DNA of 64,000 nucleotides from Savitreella phatthalungensis (taxonomy: Eukaryota), in contig AP039694.1 in NCBI GenBank assembly GCA_051599415.1, forward strand, positions 434,001 to 498,000. The letters run 5' to 3'. Positions 55,031 through 64,000 of this stretch are shown here, one piece after another; the first letter of the stretch is position 1, and each line of letters opens with the position of its first letter. The notes under the pieces were generated by a model, which made no database searches, was not told the origin of the DNA, and saw only the letters and a list, made by a program, of their open reading frames with translations. The translations under genes and the position numbers were made by a program.

Positions 55031-55717
55031 ATGGGCCAGAAGCGGAAGCCTGAGAAAAAGGCTGGCGATCGTGCTGCATTGGATTTGACCTCACGTAAGC
55101 GGAAGCGGGGCACGGCCGCTAAAGAGGACTTTGGGAGCGGTGTGCCTGGGAAGTTCCGAACGTTGATGCGGTATAGCTCGATGGTGGCGGAAGCTCAGAA
55201 GGAGGGCCATCGGGAGCATGATGATCGAGGCAAGGGCTCCAAGTCGGGACCTACCGTGCCGAAGGGCAAGACAGTTGAATTGAAGCGGAAGCGGGGGGAA
55301 ACTATGTCGGAGTTCTCGGCGCGCGTCAACAAAGCAGTACCGGTCAAGCTGGCTCGAGGTCGGTCAGGCGCCGCGAATGGAGATGAAGAGGTAACGAGGG
55401 GTCCGCTCGACCCGACTGAGAAACGGGCACGGAAGCAGTCGCAGCGTCAATTGCAGCAGAACACAGAACATCTGGCCATGCTCCGACGAAAAGCTGAGAA
55501 ACGGCGTGCCGATATGGGACTGGACGACGTCGAGGAAGGGCTAAATGATGAAGGCGGGGAGTTTAGCGAGCAGCAGATCCAGGACAAACGGAAACGAAAG
55601 CGCGGCAAGTCTCCTGACCCATGGGCAGTCCTTTTGCGTCCTGAACGGCAATACAAGTTCAACGAGACCGTTGAACGTCCTCCCGAGCTGACCATTCGCG
55701 GCAAGCTCAAGCGATAA
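55031..55717 (+). CDS. Basic, probably nucleolar protein (UPF0653/CCDC137-like)
   Basis: K/R-rich; KRKRGETMSEFSARVN, SPDPWA, FNETVERPPEL. Confidence 0.7.
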   Translation: MGQKRKPEKKAGDRAALDLTSRKRKRGTAAKEDFGSGVPGKFRTLMRYSSMVAEAQKEGHREHDDRGKGSKSGPTVPKGKTVELKRKRGETMSEFSARVNKAVPVKLARGRSGAANGDEEVTRGPLDPTEKRARKQSQRQLQQNTEHLAMLRRKAEKRRADMGLDDVEEGLNDEGGEFSEQQIQDKRKRKRGKSPDPWAVLLRPERQYKFNETVERPPELTIRGKLKR

Positions 55718-55779
55718 GGTCACAGTCCTCGGGAACATCAGCTGAAATCTCAGATTGTAATAGATATTGATAGTCATGA

Positions 55780-57930
55780 CTACGTCTCACTGTATATGAT
55801 AGGAATTTTGGGTCGTTTGCCGTCGAGTATCTCAGCCTTCTTTCGGGACTCTTCTGTCACTCGCTTGAGCTCCTTCATGAAGCGATCTGAGCTATTGAAG
55901 TCTTCAGTCTCGCGTCGAAGCTGCGTCAGTGCATCGATCCGGCGCTCAAGCATGCCCTTCAGCTTGGTCTGGATGAGGTCCGGATCATGGACATCCTCGA
56001 TAGCTACCTGGATGTGCCATTCATTCTTCGAGCTAGGATTCGGAGGTCCCTTAACAGCCTGACCATTGACAAAGTTAGTCAGCTCGGCCTTGAACATTGT
56101 GCGCTCGCGGTTCTCGACAGACAAACCTGAGCCATCCTTGTCCTCCTCGCTGCCAGCTTCAGCATCTGTCGTGCTAGTCGCGGAGCCACCGCGCATCATC
56201 TGCTCCAGCGTGTTGGACATGCTTTCGAGGGTGCCTTTCGAATTTGAGTTGCTCGTCAAGGATGAGGGCATTTTCTCGATTCTCTCGTTCGACTGTGCCG
56301 CCTTGAGCGCCTTGAGCAACTCGCCCTGTTGTCGTCTCTGAATTTCTGCTTCCTCCATCGGCTCGACCACGACACTGAGGTCCGCTTGGTGATTCTCAGC
56401 GGTTTCGAACGTCAGACACATCGACTGATTCGGGTATTTGGCAATGGCACGATGCAAGAGTCGATCGAGAAGCTTCAAGCTCAAGATCCACTCTCGCCGT
56501 CCGACGTCCTGATCGGATGAGCCGTGGATGCCCTCGTCCATCTCATCTAGGGAGATGTATTGGAAGCCAAAGATTCGCTCGGTATTGTGGAAAGCAACAA
56601 AGATGCCGTCCATGTGGCCAATCCGAACTTGCAGAGAGTATTTCAGGAAAGCGGCACGGATCATATCGTAGTACTCGCGCTCGAAAGATTCCAGGAGACC
56701 TGTGCTCTGGAAGATCTGGTAGCCTGCGCCTTCTTCCGTGTTGCGCACGTTCATACGAATCGGCAACACGGCGCGCGTCTTCAGGTCGAAAGTGCCATTG
56801 CCTGGCAAGCGCGGATCATGGCAGTCCAGCTGCGACCGCATCAGCATCGAGCCTACTTTGCTGTAGTGGAAAGCTTCCGGTTTTGTGTCTTTTGGCGCCG
56901 CTGTCTTTGCGTCCTTTCGAAGTGTGGCAAACTCCTCGGGCGACAGCGTGAGCATTTTCTCCATGGATCTGCCGAGGAAGCTCAGGACTGTCTCACCGTC
57001 GTCCAAGGACTTGTCTGCGTCGATGGCGTAGACACCATCTCGATGGCGAAGATAGATTGATGGTGGCGCACGTTGACTCGGCGTGAACGTGCGCCCTTTC
57101 TTGGCAAAGGGTATACTCAGTCTGCGGAAGTCCACTGGCCGCCAGCGGGAGATGAAGAAGTGTAATTGTGAAAGAACCCCGGTCATACTGGATGTGGAGC
57201 CTGTGATTTTGAGCTTGTGCTTGCGTGCAAGCTGTTCGAGGGAAGGATCGCGTGACGAGGTCATATATTCCGTCAACGCTTCGAAGTTGAAGTCCTTGAC
57301 TGGTGTTATGGCCTGGAGGTATGGGTCGAAATTGTAAACGTGACTTCTGGGATCCTGTAGGTAGTATACGCCAGGGTTAAAGAGGACTCTGTCAAGATGA
57401 TGAGCTAATCGAGGTACGGGCACCTTTTCGAGTGGTGAGACAGGCACGACGTCTGCTTTACCGATCGTGAACTTGAGTACGCCATCGGTTGCGTTTGCCT
57501 TTGCAGCGAGAGGTTTCTTGGGCTCGGATGCTGACTGGCTGCCGCTGCCGCCGCTGCTGCTGTTATTGTTCCTATCATCCTGGTCGTCTGTCTTGCTCGA
57601 ATCGTCACGAGTAGAGCTGCTTTGTGCCGTGCCATCCTGTCCAGTAGGTTCGCCTCTTCTTGGGAATCGCGCCGCAACTGGCGCATCATCTGCGGCAGTC
57701 TTATTCAAGGCATCAGAGTCACTTCGAGCTTTACGAGTCATGCTGAAGAACTGTGGTCGAGATAGAGGCGTTGCATCTGGGATACTGTCCTGACGGGGTT
57801 GCCGAGTGTTATCACTCTGGCCTGATTGTGATGAGGACATGCATCTCGTGCAGGTCCATGATGAACGGTAGCAGGAGCTGGAGCTGGAGCGTGAGGCTGC
57901 GCGACTGGCACGGAACACTAGCCCTGCCAT
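55780..57930 (-). CDS. PET127: Mitochondrial RNA 5'-processing protein Pet127
   Basis: VPRLAHHLDRVLFNPGVY, GSTSSMT, MRSQLDC, GTFDLKTRAV, EREYYDMIR, LQVRIGHMDGIFVAFHN. Confidence 0.95.
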   Translation of the reverse strand: MAGLVFRASRAASRSSSSSCYRSSWTCTRCMSSSQSGQSDNTRQPRQDSIPDATPLSRPQFFSMTRKARSDSDALNKTAADDAPVAARFPRRGEPTGQDGTAQSSSTRDDSSKTDDQDDRNNNSSSGGSGSQSASEPKKPLAAKANATDGVLKFTIGKADVVPVSPLEKVPVPRLAHHLDRVLFNPGVYYLQDPRSHVYNFDPYLQAITPVKDFNFEALTEYMTSSRDPSLEQLARKHKLKITGSTSSMTGVLSQLHFFISRWRPVDFRRLSIPFAKKGRTFTPSQRAPPSIYLRHRDGVYAIDADKSLDDGETVLSFLGRSMEKMLTLSPEEFATLRKDAKTAAPKDTKPEAFHYSKVGSMLMRSQLDCHDPRLPGNGTFDLKTRAVLPIRMNVRNTEEGAGYQIFQSTGLLESFEREYYDMIRAAFLKYSLQVRIGHMDGIFVAFHNTERIFGFQYISLDEMDEGIHGSSDQDVGRREWILSLKLLDRLLHRAIAKYPNQSMCLTFETAENHQADLSVVVEPMEEAEIQRRQQGELLKALKAAQSNERIEKMPSSLTSNSNSKGTLESMSNTLEQMMRGGSATSTTDAEAGSEEDKDGSGLSVENRERTMFKAELTNFVNGQAVKGPPNPSSKNEWHIQVAIEDVHDPDLIQTKLKGMLERRIDALTQLRRETEDFNSSDRFMKELKRVTEESRKKAEILDGKRPKIPIIYSET

Positions 57931-58466
57931 TCTCCGATCGAGACTAGCCTCTCTTCTTCTAGACTGTACGATGAAGCTGGAAATGCTTTCTGCCGGTCCA
58001 GAGGAAGGTAGAAGAGATCAGTAAGAGTCTGTTACCTCATTGTAGTGACTTGCTTGCTTGTTACTGCATACGTCTCTTATGAGGATGACGTTCTTAAGGC
58101 ACCATCGATGATCGATTGCTGCATTCGAACTCACTGCGCTTACAATTTACTTTATTGAGATTTATTTTATTGAATTTTACCAAGATATGCAGCTCCATCA
58201 CTCACGTGAGCGTGTGGATATATACACAAATTTAAGCTATAGTGCAGCATCCAGTGTGAACGGTACAGGATACAGGGTAGAGTATAGGCATCCATGGCGT
58301 CTGACCCTTTGTCCAGTTTCTCGCAATGGATCATGCCAAGTGTGAACGGTCACTTGAACACTTTTCATTGGAAGATTGGAAGATGTCGAAGTATAGCATA
58401 ATATGTACAAGCGTTGTCCAAGAAGAGACAACAGAGAAGAGATCATTAACAAGTCGATATCCTTCG

Positions 58467-58876
58467 TTAAGCCGTATTCCGAAGTACCAGGATAACACTG
58501 TCTCCCCTCAAAAACATCTTTGAGATGTATCTGTCCTTGTTGACCGGCTTTCCTCCTTTTGTCTTTGAAGGTTCTGTCCATAGCTCACGCACATTCTCCA
58601 ACACCATGTTTGAATGCCGGTCAAAGGCCTTCACCCGTGCCAATAGCTTTCTGTTATTGCGACAGTTGATCAGCACCTGATTGCCGTTCTTTACAGCCTT
58701 GAATAGAACGCTCATAGGTCCAGTCTCAAACTCATACTCCTCGAGCCTCGCCAATTCCACCTCGCTCAACTCATTCTTGTCCTTGTCAACCAAGTCGCTA
58801 AAAACAAAAGATCCTCTGTCAGTCTCTCAAATTCTGTCATACATCGTTCAAGAGGAGAATTCTTCACTTACGCCAT
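58467..58876 (-). CDS. SMD2: snRNP core protein Sm D2, 2 exons
   Basis: ATGGC, intron 58871-58798, then [51 protein letters not shown]. Confidence 0.97.
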
Positions 58877-59224
58877 CACAAAACAGGTGTGTGACCCAAC
58901 TGTGCTGAAGACAAAGACCGTCTCTTGCACTTACCTGTCCAGCTCGAAGTGCAGACCTCTTGAGTGTGGATGCGTGTACGTGCAATACGTAGCTGCTTGG
59001 GTACATTCCATTATAATTGAATATTATCAACATTGTGAACGTACGTACGTATGAGAGGATTCAGTGATCAATTCATCATTGCAATGCAGCCAGCAACGTA
59101 GGAGCCAAAAATAGAACTTGAAATCCATCCTTCTACCCATCTACAATAGCATCCACTGCTCCTTACAGCCTCCTTGTCCTGCACGAAGGAGAGGAAGACT
59201 GATTAGCCAGTCAGTCAGCCGTCC

Positions 59225-59953
59225 ATGGCAGACGACGTACTAGATCCTGATTTCGATCCGTATCAGACGCTTGGCGTCGAACCTGACGCAGACGAACGCG
59301 AGCTCCAGCGCGCCTTCCGTAAGCAGGCTAGATGGTGTCATCCGGACAAAGACAGTTCTGACGCAGCTGCCAGACGATATTACAAGCTCAACGTCGCTCT
59401 CGAGCTGCTCCAGGATCCACAGCGGCGCGCTACATTCGACGCTCGACGCAGAGAGACCCTCCGCGCTACACAACGCTTGCGTGAAGCAGACGCACAGCGC
59501 CGAGAGCTCATCGAGCGGCTGGAACGGGACGAGAGGCAATCAGCTCAGGCTTCACCAGGCAAAAGCACAAGACCTCCAGCCACAGGTAACACACTCACAG
59601 AGTCAGAGTGTCGCCAGGAGATCTACGATCTCAAAGCACATTACAGACTCCTGCCGGAAGCCTACATGCGAGTCATCTTTCCACAGCCGGCGGTACCTTC
59701 ACTAGAGGTTGCTCAGCGACGCATCGCCACTATCGGTCTGTATCGTGATCTCGAATATGATCTGCAAAGGGGTGTTGCCACCTTTATTGCTATCGGCACA
59801 CCAGCTCGACACGCTATAGCACAGCTGGAACACGAGGCCATCAAGGTCATGTACGGTACCGAATCCGACGAAGAGTTGTGGGCACGGAAGGATGAATTGC
59901 TCGCCAAACTACGCCAACAGCCACAACCCAGGGCATCCACCATGACAACGTGA
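59225..59953 (+). CDS. J-domain protein, Cwf23/DNAJC17-like
   Basis: DPYQTLGV, HPDK, LLQDPQRRATFD, RRELIERLERDE, followed by a degenerate RRM-like region. Confidence 0.75.
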   Translation: MADDVLDPDFDPYQTLGVEPDADERELQRAFRKQARWCHPDKDSSDAAARRYYKLNVALELLQDPQRRATFDARRRETLRATQRLREADAQRRELIERLERDERQSAQASPGKSTRPPATGNTLTESECRQEIYDLKAHYRLLPEAYMRVIFPQPAVPSLEVAQRRIATIGLYRDLEYDLQRGVATFIAIGTPARHAIAQLEHEAIKVMYGTESDEELWARKDELLAKLRQQPQPRASTMTT

Positions 59954-60029
59954 CCACACCGGCCGGGTCGACTGTGCATCACTACATGACAGCATCTTCG
60001 TCTTACTCTCGTCGTTTCCGCCCAGACGC

Positions 60030-61471
60030 ATGCTTCGCATTCTTCTCCTCTTGTTGCTGGTGAGGTCGACGAGCTGCGCCAGTTTGTCGGAACAGCAACG
60101 CGGCGAGCTCGTCTTTAGCGGCTCGCGTAAACACCTTCAGAAACTATTACACCCGTCCGTACGCGTTGCCTTTACCGCAACGGAAAGGGCGTACTTCCCG
60201 AATTTCAACATCGCAGTCTTGGCCGCAAATGCTTCCGATTCCCTCATCAAGCAGATCCACCTGCACCGTGGTCTCAGCAACAATCGCGAAACTACGCTAC
60301 AGCCCGCGGCCTACCGTTACCGCCAGCGCGCCTCATGGGCACTCGAGCGCATTATTCGCAACGGTCGACTGAGCCTTGCTGGCGTGCCTCACCCGCTGCG
60401 GCTGGGCTGGCGATATCGCTACGACAATGCTGTGGCAGACGCGCCCATACGGATTCAGCTACTCGACAGCGGGGTCGACTTCCTGCACCCTGAATTCCGT
60501 CAACGACACCTGGAATTGCGTACCGAGCACGACTACACCGGTAAGAGTACCCGAAACTCATTTACTCCGATCTGCAGCCGGATGACAGCTGACCGTAAAC
60601 AGAGGTTGCACCTCAGCTCAGGTTCGAGCTTGGCCGGCTACGACAAATCGGAGACGACCTTGGTCACGGGACGAACACGGCCGGAATGATTTTTGGTGTG
60701 AAGACCGGGATCCTTTTCAGGTCGACGGTCACGAGTCGTCGGGTGTTTACGAGGCGTGGCGGGTTGTCGAGTTGGGCGATCGCAGCTTTGCATGATGCAC
60801 ACACTTACGCCACCATGTCCAGCAACGCGCACGAGTTCCATATCGTCGTTGCAGCCTGGACCACTTCGACCTTCGACCCGGCCATCAACCACGCATTCGC
60901 CGTAACCGTCTCCACAAGCCCGCTCGTCGCCATCGTCGCAGCAGGCAACTCCGTCGAGGCACCAATCCCCCAACAACACCTACACAGCCGGCCACCACCA
61001 TCCCAGCAGGTCGACACCTCCGCTGACCAACCAATTGTCGAAGAGGACGACCCCTACAACCGGGTGATGCCTGGCGTGGATGCATCGACCGTATCGCCTG
61101 CTTCCGCGGACGGTGTGATCACGGTTGGTTCTAGCGATATTGAGGATCGCTGGGCGGCCTGGTGTAACTATGGTCCTGCGATTACGGTGATTGCGCCTGG
61201 TGTGGATGTGGCTGCGCCAAGACTGATCCATCAGATCGAGACTACTGCTGACATGACTGTCTCACACGAGTTCGAGCTCGTCAATGGGTCGTCAGTTTCC
61301 ACGGGTATCGTCGCAGGCGCATTCGGCAGGACCGCAGCCATCTACGGCCCCAGGCAAGGCGCCTGGAACGTCGAAGCCATCAAGCGGAGCTTCCTCGCTA
61401 ATCGAGAGCGGTATTCCATAGCAGGCGTACCCGCAGGTACGTCCAACAAGTTTGTTAGAATCGTCGACTAG
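60030..61471 (+). CDS. Secreted, divergent subtilisin-like S8 protease, 2 exons
   Basis: Signal peptide; WALERI; LLDSGV..HPEF; intron 60541-60602 restores DLGHGTNTAG; AAGN; SPASA..ITVG; NYG..IAPG; NGSS. Confidence 0.85.
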
Positions 61472-61613
61472 CTAGCGATCATGCACTCATATTCGCACGT
61501 GGATCGGAGTGTTCGAGTGAGGTGATTCCTTGCGTTCGTTCATTCATTCTACTTACAGAAGGGTAATGATGTTTGGATTGAGAAAAGTGCTGAGCGGGCG
61601 AGGTTTGCGTGTT

Positions 61614-63047
61614 TCAGAAGGTCGCATCACGACGAATGACCGGCATGATGCACGATAGGATGTAAAGTGCGTGACAGATCCAGGAGGATAGGATTTTGAC
61701 CCAGACGACGCGCATGTCGTGACCTAGCCTGACAAACTGTTCGTCATCTCCTTGGATCTCGTCGATGCGTATGACGCGCCAGGAGGTGATGAGGGATGCT
61801 GTGTAGCAGGTGGCGAGGAAGAAGATGACGTGGAAGAGCGAGTAGACGTATTGGGTGGAGGCTCGTTCGTCGTCACGTACGCCGGCGTTGCCAGAGAACG
61901 CTTCTTCTTCATCTTCCTCGTCCAACGCGGAAGCAGGGATCGCGCCGGACTCGACAGCTGCGATCAAAGCGTCACGACGCATGCGTGCCCGTTCAGCTGC
62001 GTCACCGGAGTTTGCCTCGTCAAGCTGGATTCGACCCTCACCGATACCCGTAACTGCAGCGATCGTGGACGAAGAGCGGAAGGCCGACCAGGCAATGGCA
62101 AAGAAGGTGAAGATGGCGCCGATGACAATTGATGCCGTCTGCGTGCCAGCGGATTTGAGTAGTGGGTTGCACTGGCTGTTCCCCTGGGTTGGCTCATTCG
62201 CAACTGCGGAGATGGTCAGGTAGGTGGTGTAGAAGCAGACCATGGCTGCTTGCGCGAGACCGGACCTAGGGTTGTACTCCTGCACGATCGGGTGGATCGA
62301 GGCAACGGTTGACACAAACAGCAGGATCAAATTGATGGTGATGAACGCCTGGTTCATAGAGCAGCCGCTGCCGGCGAAGAAAGCATACATCACGCCTGTC
62401 AGAGCAATCGCACCAGCATACATGCTCAAGGTGGACCCGACGAGCAGCGTCTGCCACGCTTTCGACTCTGTGGCTTCGTACTTTTCCAGACAAGTCTCTG
62501 CCCAAGAGTGCGCGAAATCGACCAGAAGCCCGAGTCCGAATAGAATGAAGAGCACGGAGCCAGCCATGGAGAAGTAGTTTGCCCAGACTGCAAAGAAACC
62601 ATTGGGAATAAAGAAGCTGAGAACGACAAGTGCAGCCCAACCGACCAGTTTAAAGCCCCACGCACCGTTCTGGATGAATGCTCGGGGATTGCGCGAGCTT
62701 TGAACGCCGTACAGAGCTATTGCGAGGAGTAAGTGGAAGAGGCCCAATGCGAAGTTGATACGATGAACTGCGAGGACACCGTAGCATTTACCGCCTTGGC
62801 ACGAGATCTGCATATAGTCTAAGGTGATGTGCTCGAGCTTCTTGATTGCCCAGCCGGACATCATGATCCACGAGAGGATCGAGTTGACGAGGAATAAGAG
62901 CGAGTATGCGAGGCGCGTTGCGATCGAGCTCTGACATGTACCGCAAGTACGGCCGCAGAGCGCAAACATCCCGCTGCATGCACAGCTTGTCAGCATCGGC
63001 GCAACCCACGAGCCGGCCATGATAGGCAGCGAAAGGAGGACTCCCAT
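61614..63047 (-). CDS. TMS1: Serinc/TMS1 membrane protein
   Basis: SSIATRLAY, CYGVLAVHRINFAL, IQNGAWGFK, LLVDFAHSWAE, NPRSGLAQ, DDERASTQY, VWVKILSSW. Confidence 0.95.
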   Translation of the reverse strand: MGVLLSLPIMAGSWVAPMLTSCACSGMFALCGRTCGTCQSSIATRLAYSLLFLVNSILSWIMMSGWAIKKLEHITLDYMQISCQGGKCYGVLAVHRINFALGLFHLLLAIALYGVQSSRNPRAFIQNGAWGFKLVGWAALVVLSFFIPNGFFAVWANYFSMAGSVLFILFGLGLLVDFAHSWAETCLEKYEATESKAWQTLLVGSTLSMYAGAIALTGVMYAFFAGSGCSMNQAFITINLILLFVSTVASIHPIVQEYNPRSGLAQAAMVCFYTTYLTISAVANEPTQGNSQCNPLLKSAGTQTASIVIGAIFTFFAIAWSAFRSSSTIAAVTGIGEGRIQLDEANSGDAAERARMRRDALIAAVESGAIPASALDEEDEEEAFSGNAGVRDDERASTQYVYSLFHVIFFLATCYTASLITSWRVIRIDEIQGDDEQFVRLGHDMRVVWVKILSSWICHALYILSCIMPVIRRDATF

Positions 63048-63454
63048 GACAGGCGACCAAATTTCAAGTCACTCTGAATGTCTTCGACTGGATTAATCTT
63101 ACGTATAAGCCGGGCGCAATCTTTATAACACGAGATGATGTCGACAGTCCGTGAGTGCGTAACGGTCAATGTGTGCTGTATCCTGAAGGTAATTCTGGTG
63201 AAAGTGGCTCAGGTGGCTGGTAAGACAAACAAGTCTTCACGTGCGTGACAGGCTACACGTGCTGATTGGATGAATCAGCTGCTTGACCGAGACAATTGAT
63301 GTCACTGCTTATATGAAGGAACTTGATACGTTGATTCATCCAGGCAGTTCGAAGCCAAGACAAAGGATACCTTGAACTTTGGACTGTCGTTGCTGTCAAT
63401 ACAGGCGCCCAGTAAAGCGCTGACATTAGGGTCTCGGATCGAGTTCTGCAAGAC

Positions 63455-64000
63455 ATGCAGACCCTGCGCTGCTTCGCATGTGGCCGCACGGGTCAGCAGC
63501 AGGGTGAAGCGCTCGAATGCAACTTCTGTGGCTCTGACTTTGTCGAGATCTTAGACAGCCCTTCCCCGGAGCCACGACGAACAGAACAGCAACAGCAGCA
63601 CCAGCAGTCATCGCAGAATGGTCCACAAGGAGCACCCGGCGGTGGTGGCAATGAGTCTGGCCAGCCTGGGGAGAACACAGGCAACAGCTTCTCTAATATA
63701 TTGTGGAACCTTGTACAGCCGATCGTCACGCGTCATCAGGAGACAGCACGGCAGCTCCACCAGGACTTCTTCGCAGGTCAGCAACCTGCGTCGCCGGGAG
63801 AGCGCTCCTATAGTGACGCTACAGCAGGCAGATCGAGCAGTGCTCCACCACAACATCATCCACAGCACAACGCTTCTGCCAATCAGCCGCCGCCTCTGCC
63901 ATTCAACGATTTCTTTTCACAGCTTTTCGGCGGACTGCCAATGGCACCTGCAACGCATGCCTACAACCAGCATCATCAGCAGCACTACGACCAGCAGAGA
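63455..64000 (+). CDS. 5' part of a probable RNF115/RNF126-like RING E3 ligase; runs off the window
   Basis: MQTLRCFAC..ECNFCGSDFVEIL zinc ribbon followed by an open Q/G/P-rich frame. The RING domain is not seen. Confidence 0.6.
   Translation, partial: MQTLRCFACGRTGQQQGEALECNFCGSDFVEILDSPSPEPRRTEQQQQHQQSSQNGPQGAPGGGGNESGQPGENTGNSFSNILWNLVQPIVTRHQETARQLHQDFFAGQQPASPGERSYSDATAGRSSSAPPQHHPQHNASANQPPPLPFNDFFSQLFGGLPMAPATHAYNQHHQQHYDQQR

Noticed and set aside
58254..58350. 12-bp direct repeat AGTGTGAACGGT
   Set aside because: Only two copies; no array or snoRNA structure evident.
61469..61530. TAG-CTAG stop context suggesting readthrough (also at the RTA1 stop)
   Set aside because: The stop is UAG rather than UGA, and the extensions end in no targeting signal.

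Overview
Gene-dense, intron-poor fungal (ascomycete) nuclear DNA. It has short 46-74 nt GT..AG introns with CTRAC/CTRAY branch points, no operons and no prokaryotic features. Compactness, intron style and retention of a complex I subunit suggest a yeast-like Taphrinomycotina-type genome, but that is inference. I can support about 45 protein-coding genes, mostly housekeeping or metabolic: SPB1, PET127, SmD2, ALG8, Dus2, Irc3, Ras-GEF, Gvp36, Avt1, Mae1, FCY1, rhomboid, Serinc, three hotdog thioesterases and several hydrolases. Some are spliced and missing or fragmented in the ORF track (NDUFA6, Gvp36, the M18 aminopeptidase, the MBL lactonase, a RING-E3-like 5' end). I found no tRNA, rRNA, CRISPR or intact transposon. 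Best leads: (1) the M18 aminopeptidase carries two synonymously diverged copies of a 24-nt active-site segment (VKHAVNPN vs VIHAVNPN), each with its own splice signals, suggesting a mutually exclusive micro-exon switch next to a metal ligand; (2) an intronless, bacterial-like stand-alone BLUF photoreceptor gene beside an unannotated multi-intron orphan gene; (3) a probable GUG-initiated mitochondrial isoform of Dus2. All family assignments come from motif recognition by eye, not database searches.
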